A DNA stretch of 63,969 bases, the filler included, from Piptocephalis cylindrospora (taxonomy: Eukaryota): assembly GCA_003614145.1 (NCBI GenBank). It is 11 parts of 11 records of this genome, joined end to end, with 100 filler letters (N's around TTAATTAATTAA, not from the genome) between each part and the next. Parts side by side here need not be neighbours in the genome. Positions count along the whole stretch, not along the records: positions 1 to 5,856 come from KZ988353.1; positions 5,957 to 11,799 come from KZ988354.1; 9 more parts are not named here. One strand, 5' to 3'. The translations under genes and the position numbers were made by a program. How positions within the stretch are numbered: position 1 is the stretch's first letter; the number at the start of each line of letters is the position of its first letter. The notes under the pieces are model-generated. The model saw only the letters and a list, made by a program, of their open reading frames with translations, was not told the origin of the DNA and ran no database searches. Of the stretch, positions 1 to 11,899 are shown in pieces.

Positions 1-180
1 ACCCCCTTCCCACTCTCTTCTATTCTCTTCCTACCTTTCCTACAAAATCTCAATACACGTGCACTCCCTCTCTTTCTTTCCTCCCCCTTTTTTGCCTTTG
101 TCTTGCCTTTTTCTCTGGCTAATCTTTAAATCACTCCCTCTTCCCGTCCTCCTCCTCTCACACATCGATCAGCCCCGGCC

Positions 181-1284
181 ATGAAATTCCTCGATTCCCT
201 CCTCCACCGATTCAACCAGCCCGCTGACTATGAGAAAAAGTCGCTGTTTAAGATAGGACATGTCCTGGGATCCGGCTCATATGGGGAGGTGAGGGAAGCC
301 GTGATTATCTCCACGGGTCAAAAGTGCGCTATGAAGGCCATCAAGAAGTCAGCTGTGGCAGGACACGAAGAACTAGTCAAGTCGGAGATGGAGGTAGTGG
401 GCAGGCTCGACCACCCCAACATCATCAAGCTGTACGATCATTTTGAGTCTCGGGATAAGTACTACATGGTCTTTGAACTTGCTACAGGTGGAGAACTCTT
501 TGACCGTATCATCAACCAGGGCAAATTTACCGAAAAGGACGGCCGTGGTCACATCCAAACTGTCCTCGGCGCCATTGCCTACCTCCACGAACGCAATATT
601 GTTCACCGGGATCTCAAGCCCGAGAATCTTCTATTTCGCGATGATTACCCCACCTCTGAGCTCCTCCTCGCCGATTTTGGCATCTGTAAGGAGATTGACA
701 CGGGCGACCAGGCCATGAGCACCATATGTGGTTCCTTTGGCTACACCGCTCCCGAAATCATGCTGCGCAAGAAGTATGGACGAGAAGTAGACCTCTGGTC
801 CCTCGGAGTCATCACCTACACCCTCCTGTGTGGCTACACCCCCTTCCCCATGGATGATCAGGCCAGGTTCTTGGATCAGGCGAGGCATGGTCGAGTTGAG
901 TTCCACTCCCGGTACTGGAAGGATATCTCTGATGAAGCCAAGGCCTTCATCAAGCAGCTCCTCGACCCCGTCCCCGCAAACCGTGGTAATGCTACTGAGC
1001 TCCTCTCCCATGCCTGGTTCGTCTCCTCCACGGCTACCGATGTTGATCTCATTTCCAATGTCCGCGAGGGTTTCAATGCTCGTGGCATGCTCACCAAGGG
1101 CGTCAATGCCATCCTCATGGTCAATCGCATGAAACGATCCTCTATTGAGAGCGCCGCCAAGCTTGGCGTGAAGCCTGGAGCTGGTATGGATGCTGAATCC
1201 AAGAAAGATGCGGATGATGAAGAAGTAGATGAATCCGAACCGACCGAGTCAGCGCCTATCAAAGCCAGTACCACTGCCACGTAG
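181..1284 (+). CDS. Calcium/calmodulin-dependent protein kinase (CaMK1/Cmk-like)
   Basis: Intronless 367-aa ORF with GSGSYG, AMK, HRDLKPEN, DFG, GYTAPE and DLWSLG motifs, plus a CaM-binding-like tail (FNARGMLTKGVNAILMVNRM). Confidence 0.93.
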   Translation: MKFLDSLLHRFNQPADYEKKSLFKIGHVLGSGSYGEVREAVIISTGQKCAMKAIKKSAVAGHEELVKSEMEVVGRLDHPNIIKLYDHFESRDKYYMVFELATGGELFDRIINQGKFTEKDGRGHIQTVLGAIAYLHERNIVHRDLKPENLLFRDDYPTSELLLADFGICKEIDTGDQAMSTICGSFGYTAPEIMLRKKYGREVDLWSLGVITYTLLCGYTPFPMDDQARFLDQARHGRVEFHSRYWKDISDEAKAFIKQLLDPVPANRGNATELLSHAWFVSSTATDVDLISNVREGFNARGMLTKGVNAILMVNRMKRSSIESAAKLGVKPGAGMDAESKKDADDEEVDESEPTESAPIKASTTAT

Positions 1285-1517
1285 ATATTCATGGAAGATG
1301 GGGAACAGGAGAGGATGGATGAATAAGGGACCCACTCTGTGTGGATATTCTGGATGTAGTTGCGTATCACTTCAACATGACGATTTTTCCCTTTGGCATC
1401 ATAGATTAGCCCACATTAAGAAAACAATATAACATAAAAGCAGACATAAAGCATCCCAATTCATTTCCTCTTCGTTTCCTTCCTTCAACACCAATTCGTC
1501 CCCCACATATCTCTCAC

Positions 1518-3818
1518 CTACTCCCCTTGCTGCTCGAGCAACTCACGTCGCTTTTGTTTGATCTGCTTCAAGGAAGTGAGATAAGCTCCTAGGGGCAGGC
1601 TATCCGCATCCAGCTGAGCCTGGAACGTCTTGACAGCCTGGATGTCTGTGGGGCTAAATTCAACCTTGGATCTCTTTTGCTCAATCACCTTGGCATGTTG
1701 ATGGATCTAAGAAAGAGAGTAAGTTAGATGCACCATCTTTACATCAGTTCACACTCAAAAACTCACCTTATCCAAAAGCTGCTGGAGCTGCTTGTTACCC
1801 TTAGGGTTCTTGCTCCGCTTGATATGTCGCTTGATCTGGATGACCGCGGGAATAATGACTTCGGGAAACGAGATCCACGTGCCCATTGAGTCAAAAGCCT
1901 CAAGAAGACCCTCAGATAACTCCTCGTACACCCCATCTTGATAGACGCGCGTATGCAAGTACTCCTTGGAGGCCTTAATTTGTACCTCAAAGTTGTAGGG
2001 GCGAAGGGTAGAAGGGGTTGGCTTACGACGAAGCTCGGCGGACTCTAGCACCTCCAGAAGCACTGGGGTCACTGGGATATTGACCCGGGTAGCCCGGGCC
2101 AGGCGGGTCAGGGACCGGGCACAATGGAAGCGGAAGGGAAAGAACTGAGCCGTAGGCAGGAGACGAGCTGCCCCAAGCACCACTTGGACATACGGAAATA
2201 AAATGGACTGCAGGGGGCTCTCTCCCGCTGCGGACCGATCAGCCGAGCAGGACACAGCCAGTAACTCCGCCCAGAAGCGGAGACAATGGAGGAACTGGTG
2301 ATTGTAAATGGCTCGGTACGCCTCCTTGGTCTTGGTTGACAATGAATTCCGGAGATGGATAGCCATCTGTCGGATGTACACAAACGCATGTTGGTATGAC
2401 GCTGTCTCATCCAGCGTGTACAGCTCAATCAGACAATTCGACATGAAGTGAATGGAGGGGAGGGAGTAGGCCGAGGTAGACCGACACAATCGCACATACG
2501 CGGCATAGGCTCCCTTGAGACAATTGTCCAGGAAAGGTGGAGGGCACTTTTGAGCCATCTCCCGGATGTTCAGGAACGCCTGGGCACGTACTGCCTCCTC
2601 TCCCGTACCCCAGATGTTTAGAAGGGCTTTGAGGTATGTGTTAGCTAGCTTAGGGAAGCAGGCAAAGTACGGGAGAGCCCGTGTCGTTTCTTGGATCAGG
2701 AATCGGATCATCGTTGCCTCCGTCAGCTCCTCCAACACCATCAGAATCCCCCCCAAATACGCCTTGACTAAAGGCTGAAGTTGGTTCCATCGAGGAGAGG
2801 ATGATGGAAGAGATGCATTCCTAAATCAGAAAAAGTAATAGGGATTGATTTTTAGAAAAAGCCATCAAGAGTAAGAATTTTTCATCACTTACTTTTTCTT
2901 CTCCCGACCAGAAACTTTTTTCGGAATGAGATGATGGTCAAGGACTTCGGGGGTCATCTTAAGCGTTACTACCATCACCTTATTGAATACCGCATCACTA
3001 TCCACCTTGTAGGATGGTGCAACCTGGTCCGAGTCAGCAATGTACGTCGCCGCACGGAATGCCAAGAGAAGACGCTTGAGGGCCCGAAGGGATTTTTCCT
3101 CCTTAAGCGACTTTTGCCAGCTATTGACCATCGCCTTGGTCACTCGAGTCCGGTCTGCTTCCATTGCTTCGGCTGCCTCTCTTTGCGCCATCTCCGTGTC
3201 TACCTGTTGAGTCTTCCTACTCAGCAACTGCTCCTCCTCCTCTTCTTCTTCTTCTTCCTCCTCCTCCTCTTCCCTACATTCCTCCATTTCATCATCTGAA
3301 GCCTCAAAGTCTAGTAGATCCTGATCATTTTCTTGAAGATAGGCATAAAACTCGGGGTCCTTTTCTTTAAGGCTCTCCAATTGAGCACGATGGACAGATG
3401 GTTTGACCTTTGCTGGCATTACTCCCTCCTCCTCCTCAGCATTGTCATCCTCATCCACCTCTTCCTCTTCTTCTATCTCTTCCTCATCGTCAATCTCCTC
3501 GCTCATCTCTTCATCGCTCTCCTCAATCTCTTCGCCCTCCAACTCTTCAAACCCCCCATTCAGAAAGTCATCGGCACTCATCTCTTGTGCCTTATTCGTG
3601 TGAAAGAGGCCCTGAGTGTCCCGGGCAGAAAGAGCGCTGTCCTTGGCTTGCTCTTTCTCCTCTTCAGTTGGCTCAGGCCGTTGCCGAGCCCTGGCCTCCT
3701 TCCGCTGCTCCCGGATCCGCCTTTCTTTGGTCGCTTTTTGCACCTTCTTGCGCTTCTCCAGCGTCGCTGCCAAGTTATTCCTATTGAACTTGATAGTAGC
3801 CTTCTTTGTCTTTGCCAT
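1518..3818 (-). CDS. NOC2: Nucleolar complex protein 2, 3 exons (3818-2893, 2820-1767, 1706-1518)
   Basis: MAKTKKAT start, acidic tract, LKEKDPEFYAYLQENDQDLL, YQHAFVYIRQMAIHLRN and FFPFRFHC motifs; GT-AG introns restore the frame. Confidence 0.93.
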
Positions 3819-4728
3819 TCTTGTTATTGGGGAAGGAGCGAGAGGTGTTGGGTAGAGGGGAGAGAGGAAGGGTTGGGACGGGTATGTCGAGCTGAGATCC
3901 ACCGTGTCGTCGTATCTGCCTTTCTCTCTTTCATGCTGTGTCTCTGCTGTCCTGTTCGTCCCATACCACCCGTTTAAGTGCTGTATGGGATGGGTCACAC
4001 AGTAGCTACATCTTCATCCCATTGTACACAGCATACGCACACACGAGGAGGGACTAATTTTCTTTTTTTTTCTCCATCGCACCTTTCACCCACCCCACCA
4101 CCTCTGTCTATCATGCTGCATATGTGATTTTATACTGACACATACATGCAGCCCGCACTCCCATCGCTTTGTAGCTGGGAGATACATAAAATAATTTAAA
4201 TCGCCCTAAAAGCCATCCCATTTTATCTACTAGTTATCGCGGGATGGCTCCGCATTAAAAAGGATCCAAAGGCTGATCTCCAACCATCACAAGCTCATTC
4301 TTCTTGACCGCCACCCTCCTCGTGAACTGGAGATATGCTCAAAGGCTTCCCTGCTTTATCCACCCTCTTGTCCCGTCGTGTCTGTCATCCTCGTCTCCCC
4401 CCTCCACTCTCCCGTCACACCATGTCCTTGAGACGACCTCCACGGTAGAAGAGAGTTTTTGTCCCTTTTCAGTATTCCTCATCGTGTCTATTGCATCCTT
4501 AAGATGGTCTTCACGATCAGGAGGAATTTTGTTTCTTTCCAACGAGTATTATTTCTCAATCATGTAAATGCCTTTCATTCTTTAGTATAGCGTGCATTGG
4601 ATTCGTTGTATGAATGGGGGATGAAAGAAAAGCACACTGGAGGGTATATTTCATTTGGAGGTGGGATAGGTGTTCCTTATTCCTTTCCCTCATTGATTAT
4701 ATCATGAATAGGTCTGATGATAATAGCG

Positions 4729-5856
4729 TCACTCAGCCTTGGGTTTCCCCTTGATCTCCTCCTCCTCAGTCTTGATTTTCTTCTCAACCTCGACCTCTTC
4801 TTTGACTTCTCCTTCAGCCTTACCAGGGATACAAACAGGGATGGTGACATCACCTTCAGGATTCAGGTAGGGAAAGGAATCAGCATGGCTATCCAGGGTC
4901 TGTAGCCATTGATCAAAGCTAATGATGAGGAGAGGAACATGGTCAGTATCAAGACGAAATGTAAATCATATTTCCCAGAGGAAAGTCATTGAGTGTACGA
5001 ACCTATTATGCTCCAGTTCCTCATGAACGATCTTGTCATAAATAAACTTTTCCTTGAAAGTATCCATCTCATCCTGGTACGGGGTAAAGTCGATGGCATC
5101 CCGATCCACTCCACCCATACCGCCGGAAACACGGGTGTTGTACTGTTGGAAGACAGTTTGCTCCAAGAGCAGACCGAGACCAGGGGCCTTGGGGATATTG
5201 AGCTTGACCTTACCAAAGGCCTTGGGGATGACGGAGAGGGGAACGTTGGAGCGAATGAGGGCAACGATGAGACCAACCATCTTACGGATCTGGTGGATCA
5301 TGAAGGACTGGCCATGTACCTTAAGAGATAGCCATTCGGAGCCACCTTCGAGGATCTTGGGATCACTGCAAGAAAAACTGATAATAAAGCGATTGGCACT
5401 CATGTCGCCATGGGCCTTACCAAGGGTGAAGTTATGGTAACTCCAAGTTCCGACGTACTTTTCCAAGGCCTCCCGGACTAAAGCTAAGGTGTTTGGGGAA
5501 ATGCGGTAGGCACGCTTCCGAGCCATGTCCTCAGCAGAGGAGTACCGGATGACACGTTCGGCTGGGGGAACGGAAAGATCGTAGGGGGGGGGCTTCGGGG
5601 TTCAGAGACTGAAGGATGTATGTGGGGAGAAGGTATTCGTAGATGCGGGAATCACACTGATTCTTGGAGTGGAAAGACTTGATGGTGCGAACATAACCCC
5701 AGATGCGGATCTGATCAGGGAGGTGGGCGTTGATGGAGGGAATGAGATCGGGGAGATCAGTAATCATCTTGAGGGACACGACCTGTCCAGCAGCATGGAC
5801 ACCCTTGTCGGTGCGGGCGGCGCGCATGAATCCGACCTTTTTGGGATCATCGGCAT
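4729..5856 (-). CDS. PUS1: tRNA pseudouridine synthase (TruA/Pus1 family), 5'-partial, apparent frameshift at poly-G 5584-5592
   Basis: [11 protein letters not shown] catalytic motif, [24 protein letters not shown] and [10 protein letters not shown]; intron at about 5002-4919. Confidence 0.9.
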
Positions 5857-5956
5857 NNNNNNNNNNNNNNNNNNNNNNNNNNNNNNNNNNNNNNNNNNNN
5901 TTAATTAATTAANNNNNNNNNNNNNNNNNNNNNNNNNNNNNNNNNNNNNNNNNNNN
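5857..5956. other. Artificial contig spacer (N44-TTAATTAATTAA-N44); repeated at 11800, 17742, 23681, 29608, 35534, 41457, 47365, 53266 and 59162
   Basis: Ten identical 100-nt linkers with stops in all six frames; complete contigs are sorted by decreasing length. Confidence 0.99.
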
Positions 5957-6574
5957 CAGAAATACCACAGCCAGGTAAATGGAGGCTGAAACAAGGTTAA
6001 TAATCTTTACCTGATGTATAAAATAACTTATGGGGAGTGAGCCGTAAAAGTTGGGATACCTTGGAAAGAGAAGTATGAAATTCCCAGCGAGGCCAAGTGC
6101 AAGAGCCGCTAGGATAGCAAGGATGGGTAATACGAGTACCATACCGGAGATCTTGCGAAACCTCTGGGGTGGAAAGAGAGATTTGGTGTAATGGAAGAGG
6201 AGGAGAAGAACGGACAGGAGAAGAGTCGCATCAGCAAGGGAGTGAAAGACAATGCGCGCACTGCTAATGACCTGGAGATCGCCCTCTAGGCGATAAAGGA
6301 CAAGCTGGAGCGCCAGAGAAATGATGCGGAGCAATGTGAAGCCCAGCAGACATTGACCAAGACGAGGCCATCCACGCCTAGATAGGATCATGACTCCTAC
6401 TAGGAATAGAAGGCAGAATAATGCAAGAATGATGGCTGGTGGGCCAACGACGGGAAACATCCGTCTGACTTGCTTAGCCCTTTCCATACTAGGTAAGTCA
6501 GCCAAAAGGGCCTGTGGGAGACATGTCAGGAGGAGAGCAAGAATTTTCGAAATCCTTATCTGGGTGCTGATCAT
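5957..6574 (-). CDS. Multi-pass membrane protein of unknown function, 3'-partial
   Basis: Open frame to the contig edge with a hydrophobic N-terminus and about 5 further hydrophobic segments (e.g. LLGFTLLRIISLALQL). Confidence 0.65.
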
Positions 6575-7605
6575 GTCGGGTTTAGTGCAGAGGTGAGGAG
6601 GAGAGCTGGAAAGAAGGGAAAGGAGGGGAAGGAGGGAAGGAGAGAAGGTTCAGACCTGCAGAACGAGGGAGTGGGATAGACGAAGGAGAAAGAGAGGCAC
6701 TTGGCGGATGAGGAAGCACGAAATGACGGGTGAAGCGGGGAGAGGGGAGAGATGGGATGATGGAAGATAGGAGGACTTGGGAGAGAGCATGAGGAATTTT
6801 GCCTGCCTCCTGTGCCTTATATAGGCTGTATATCCTAATACTCCGGTCCAATAAAATCGCTCACCAGACTTTTCCTTCTCAAGACTGAACTTCCGTTTGA
6901 GACCCTTCTTTTGCCTGACGCTTCATTGGTCACAGAAAAAAGTTAGTCGAGATCATCTGTCGGAGTTTGAATTGAAGATGACATGCCTTCTAGGAAAATG
7001 CATACGCTCACAGTATCATGAGAATCGAACAGAGCTGAATGTAGGCGGGGAAGAGGGAGAGAAAGGTAAAAAGCAGAAAGAAAAGAGAAGGTAGTTAGAG
7101 AAGCTTTATCGGAGGGTTAATCCCGGACATAAGGAAAAAGTCAGGCGAACAGCGAGCATAACTTGGTCATAGATTCGTGAGTCCTATGCAAAGTTCCAGC
7201 TCTCCATCTCTCTTAACTCCCTGGATTCTCCCAAACCAGGATACTGGAAAAGGCTGTAGTGATATTGTAGACGACATGTGGAGGTATCGTCATCAAGCTT
7301 TCTCAAAAAGGCACCATTATCAATAGACTTTGCCTCTGTTTCATTTCAGGAAAGCCGTGTGCACCTATAGGACACCGGACGGAGGAGGAGCCCAAGGAAT
7401 AGTTTATGTTTTCGTTTCCCTTCATCTAACTCACTCACTCTTTGATGGACTCAAGCATAAAAAGGACCATTCAACATTTCTCTTGAGCAGATATCTAGCA
7501 CCCGGTCATCCTCACTCACCCTATCATCAATCAGCCTTGTCGAGCCCGCCTAACTCCTCATTCCACTCCGCCTACATCCTACCCATTTTCACTTTTACCC
7601 CAGAA

Positions 7606-7986
7606 ATGACCGTTGCCTCGGAGAAGCCTAGTGGTGGGGAGTGTGCTTGCATGGCCGAGCTCTCCATCCTTGTCGTTGGCCAAGACGTACCACAGAGCCC
7701 GTTCGTGGATATTTGCACTAAAATTCTGAGTAAGGCCGGTCTCCAACCTCAGACTCATGGAATGGGCACCAATATTGAGGGAAAGCCCACGACCATTCTC
7801 TCCGCCGTCCAAGACTGTCATCGGGAGGTGAACCAAGCGGCCAAGTCCCGCATGGTGCATCTAATGCTCCAGATGAACTCTCAGCCCAATACCGCTGAAG
7901 CCGTCTCTACGGAGGAACCTCGTGTCCACGTTGAGGAGACCGAATGTAAGGAAGAGAAGGATATGGCTCATGAGTCCCGAGATTAG
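7606..7986 (+). CDS. Thiamine-binding/UPF0045 (Ecm15/MTH1187-like) protein
   Basis: AELSILVVG...SPFV...L..AGL...THGMGTNIEG...I..CH pattern; likely start MTVASEK. Confidence 0.78.
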   Translation: MTVASEKPSGGECACMAELSILVVGQDVPQSPFVDICTKILSKAGLQPQTHGMGTNIEGKPTTILSAVQDCHREVNQAAKSRMVHLMLQMNSQPNTAEAVSTEEPRVHVEETECKEEKDMAHESRD

Positions 7987-8306
7987 GGGGCGAAGAACGA
8001 AAGATGGTCCTCTCTTCCATTGCCTCCACCCTACCCCAGTGGCAATTTGTTCATCATGCATTGTTCTTGCAATAAAACACTGCGTAGCATGTATCTTTCA
8101 TTGCTTGTATGACTACGAAAGGGACAAGAGGATGCGTATGATTCTGTCACGTCTATCCAATTGGCCGCGCCACATTATGATCGTAGAGGAAGAGGACAGA
8201 GGGCAAATAATAGTAAATGGGTCATTCGGTATATACTGTGGTGTTGGGGGAGGGGGAGGGGGAGAGGGGGAAGGAACACTCTACATATCCATCTTAGACA
8301 TTGTCC

Positions 8307-10424
8307 CTATACTTCTCTTTCCCCATCGGTAAACCCCTTCCCAGTCTCAATGGCCATCTTCTCGATGGATAATTTCACATCCTGGGGCGCGTTTGCAAGA
8401 AGCTCATCCACCCATGCCTCTCCAGCCCAAATGGACTGATCCAGCCGTCTAAAGTAGTTTTGGATATCGATCCACCGGGCCTGCTGAGCTAGGATCTGCA
8501 TCCAGAGCTTAGCCACTTCCGGGGATTCCAAGACCGACATATCCTTAACCCTGATCATCTCTTCCACCTTTTCCCAAATCACCTCAGCTGTGACCCATCG
8601 ATCCTCTTGAACGCAGCAATGAAGAAGGGCTGCGATGCTTTCGGGGCCCATACGGATTCGACGTCGTGCTGCCTCATTCCATAAGCCCATGGCCCCATCC
8701 TCTCCATCCCAGGAGCCTCGTCGACACAGCTCCACAATGGCCAAACCTGCAATTGTACCGGCCCGACCATAATCCAGCCGGTCCATGGATTCCACGGCGT
8801 GCTTCCAAATCCACTCCGTGGGTACCTCCTCATCCTGACATAAGGAGAGGAGGACATAGTGAGAGGATTTGAAGGATGCTGATACCACGGAATACTTGAC
8901 TTTTCCCCATAGCCTCCACACTCGTCGGCCGGACATGCCCGAAGCAAGAAGAGTGCGGAAGAAATACTGAATGGTCCGTGGATCCGTGGCAATTCTACGG
9001 GAGATGATTTCGTCCATGATGTTCAGCGCCGCATCCGCATCGCAAAAAGCGGAAGCACATTTGAGGGCACTATTGTAAAAGTAAATGTTGGGCACGACCT
9101 TGGAGCCCTCGACCGCCGCCGCCTCGTGGACCTCTTTGATCAGGCTTTCGACCATCCACATGCCTGGGCCCTCACTGAGCGCGGTCATCACCTGCGTATA
9201 GATAACAATATCCACTTCAATCCCCTCCTCCTCCTTCATGGTCTGCAGAAGGGATACTGCACCCTTGGCATCCCCGTCCTTGGCGTACGCATCAATGATC
9301 ATGGAGTAGGTGGTGGGGTTGGGCTGAAAGTTGTCCCGGACCTTGAGTTCAGAAAGGAGGAAAAAGGCCAGCCCAAAGTCATTGATCCTTACGGCCTGTC
9401 CAATCAATGCATTGGCGATGACGGGTGTAATGCGGACGGGGCAGGGACGGGTAGGGAGTAAGGGTAAGGAGTGCAGAAGTTCAAGGATATCTCGTAAAGG
9501 TAGAACTTTGGATAGGTGAACGATGCCAAAGGGTGATTCCAAACCAACATTGAAGGACTCAGTAAAAGCCCAGATGGCCTGAGTGGTATCATTGCAATTG
9601 GCATACACCTCGACAAACCGGCTCCAGGTCTTTTCATCCATGGGGATCCCGGAATCCTTCATCTGACGGGACAATCGCTCCATGTCGGCGACCATGTTTT
9701 TGACACACATGGCCCCAATGATCGCATTGTACAGCTGGGTATCCAGGGCAATGCCGTGGCTATACATCTCCGAGAGAACCCGTTCAGCCGCCTCGATATT
9801 TCCCGCACGCGTGTGACACATGACCAAGGGGACCCAAGAGTGTAGGCTCAGGGTCAGGCCCTTATCGTAGGCCTTGCGAATCCATCGGTGGATCTCCTGG
9901 GCAGTGCCGTGTTTCCCATAGGCGGAGATAATCTGGTTGTAGGTAATGATATCGGGCTCGATACCCCTTTCTAGGGCGTAGTCGTACAGGGAGACCATGG
10001 GACCTGGGCGTCCACCATTCCGTGAGTAGAGGGTCAGTAAGGTATTGAGAGCGTTGACATTGGGGGCTGGGTGAGCGAAGAAGAGGCGACGGGCATGACG
10101 AGAGGCCGAATAGGCGTGGACCCGGGGATTACTGCAGAGAAGTATGGAAAGCCAGTTGTTGAGGATATTCGCGCTCACCGAAGCCACGTACTCCGGATCA
10201 AAACTACTCTCTAGGGGTAGCGGATATCTATCCGCCATTTTGAATCCGGGGGAGACATCCTCCCGGGGTTTCGTGTTGGGGAGAAAGGGAGCGGTCGTAA
10301 GAGGAGGAGGTCTGGTAGAATAAGTCTGCCGCAAAGCCGGCAACGGTCGTGCCTTCAGTCCCGGAAGGAGACGAGCGATTTCGGACTGATTCAGGCCCTT
10401 GAGTATCCGAAGGTTCAACACCAT
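8307..10424 (-). CDS. Pentatricopeptide repeat protein, probably mitochondrial
   Basis: Repeated ~35-aa motifs (PDIITYNQIISAYGK, LYNAIIGAMC, PNPTTYSMIIDAYAK, IYTQVM, PNIYFYNSAL); Arg-rich presequence-like N-terminus from MVLNLRIL. Confidence 0.88.
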   Translation of the reverse strand: MVLNLRILKGLNQSEIARLLPGLKARPLPALRQTYSTRPPPLTTAPFLPNTKPREDVSPGFKMADRYPLPLESSFDPEYVASVSANILNNWLSILLCSNPRVHAYSASRHARRLFFAHPAPNVNALNTLLTLYSRNGGRPGPMVSLYDYALERGIEPDIITYNQIISAYGKHGTAQEIHRWIRKAYDKGLTLSLHSWVPLVMCHTRAGNIEAAERVLSEMYSHGIALDTQLYNAIIGAMCVKNMVADMERLSRQMKDSGIPMDEKTWSRFVEVYANCNDTTQAIWAFTESFNVGLESPFGIVHLSKVLPLRDILELLHSLPLLPTRPCPVRITPVIANALIGQAVRINDFGLAFFLLSELKVRDNFQPNPTTYSMIIDAYAKDGDAKGAVSLLQTMKEEEGIEVDIVIYTQVMTALSEGPGMWMVESLIKEVHEAAAVEGSKVVPNIYFYNSALKCASAFCDADAALNIMDEIISRRIATDPRTIQYFFRTLLASGMSGRRVWRLWGKVKYSVVSASFKSSHYVLLSLCQDEEVPTEWIWKHAVESMDRLDYGRAGTIAGLAIVELCRRGSWDGEDGAMGLWNEAARRRIRMGPESIAALLHCCVQEDRWVTAEVIWEKVEEMIRVKDMSVLESPEVAKLWMQILAQQARWIDIQNYFRRLDQSIWAGEAWVDELLANAPQDVKLSIEKMAIETGKGFTDGEREV

Positions 10425-11050
10425 TTTGTCGGAACGATGAGCAGGGGGCTGGTGAGGAGGACAAGAGGGACAAGGAGCGTAGAAAACGACGTCACTACCA
10501 AGGATGTAGCAGTGTCTAATGAGGCTTCCGTGGGCGCTTTGGTGGGGTAAAAGCGCGCCTAGAGGGAGGGAATGAAGAGGAAGGATCAGGACGGAGGGCA
10601 AGGATGGATAAACTCGACCCGATCCTATCTGGCTGGATGTTTGGACGTAGAAGTAATAAGGCACCGCAATAAGGCTATTGTTTCTGTGCGCACACACACT
10701 GGGATGGGCACAGGCTATCTTCGATCCGTGATGAGGGAGGAGAGGGAGAGAAAAGCAAAAATGAAGCTGCCCACACATAATAGCCATATCGCGTCCCTCA
10801 ATCTCACCTGGATGACTGTGTTGTGCACATCCTAAAGATGTTGCTATACGAGAGTTTACTCTGGGTGTTGGCTGGGCCACAAAGACAAGGGGGGAGGAGA
10901 GAAGGGGGGTTGTTTTGATACTGTGGGGAGTCGCACAATCATTGGTGGAAATGGAGCCACAATGATAATACCTTTCAAAAAGCCCTTGGACATTATTAAG
11001 AAGCAAATGAAATAATTTAAACACGATGCCCCTACCAAGAGGGTGTATTG

Positions 11051-11699
11051 CTACTCTAGCTCCGAGTCTACCTCAATGGCCCTGGGAATGAGAAAGCCAT
11101 TGAAGGAAGAGGCTGTGGAGGCCATGTAGGCACCCATAGCCCTCCAAGCATACCATTCCCCAATGTACATCTCCGGATGCGGCTCATCCTCGATGATGGC
11201 ATCAATGGGGCAGCAGGTGGGGCCCCATATGATGGAGGAGTAAATAGGTCTTTCCTCCTGGTGAGACTCTACCGGATCTGGGTAGCAGGGGAGGGAGTCC
11301 TCCTCGATATGGGGAAAGGATCCCATGGCCCCCTCGTTCATGTAATACATCACCGTACGGATGGTGCCATCGGGATTCCGGATAAGTCTTTTTCCTTGTA
11401 CCTGCGTGACCAGAATGGAGGATCCCGAGGCAATGAACCTCCCAGGCTCGGCAATGACACGAATACCCTCCTCAGGAAAGAACCGCTCCAGAGCCCATCG
11501 AATCGCCTGGGCAAACTCAGGAAATGGCGTGGTCTGTACCTTACCCCTGAATCGCCTGGCATCCCCAGGGAACCCCCCTCCAATATCCAGAATAGTGGGG
11601 TTAAATCCCATGGTCTGGGCAATATCGAAAAGTCTCCTGGACATGGCAATGGCCTTTGCAAATTCCCACGCATTGAGTGATCCGGTGCCGACATGGAAA
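11051..11699 (-). CDS. Ornithine decarboxylase-like protein (fold-type III PLP), last exon only
   Basis: FHVGTG, LDIGGGFPG, IAEPGRF, WGPTC, MGAY and FNGF motifs; preceded by a complete GT-AG intron 11798-11700 at the contig edge. Confidence 0.88.
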
Positions 11700-11899
11700 C
11701 TAGTAAGGTGGGGGGGGGGGGGGGGGGGGGGAGAAAAAAATGACAGCGCTGGTCTTTTATCGTCCCCCGTCTCTTTCTTCATTCACAGTATTACATACAN
11801 NNNNNNNNNNNNNNNNNNNNNNNNNNNNNNNNNNNNNNNNNNNTTAATTAATTAANNNNNNNNNNNNNNNNNNNNNNNNNNNNNNNNNNNNNNNNNNNN

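Noticed and set aside
10425..11024. 200-aa N-terminal extension of the PPR ORF
   Set aside because: Begins at a non-ATG codon, reads like UTR or intergenic sequence and precedes a plausible presequence.
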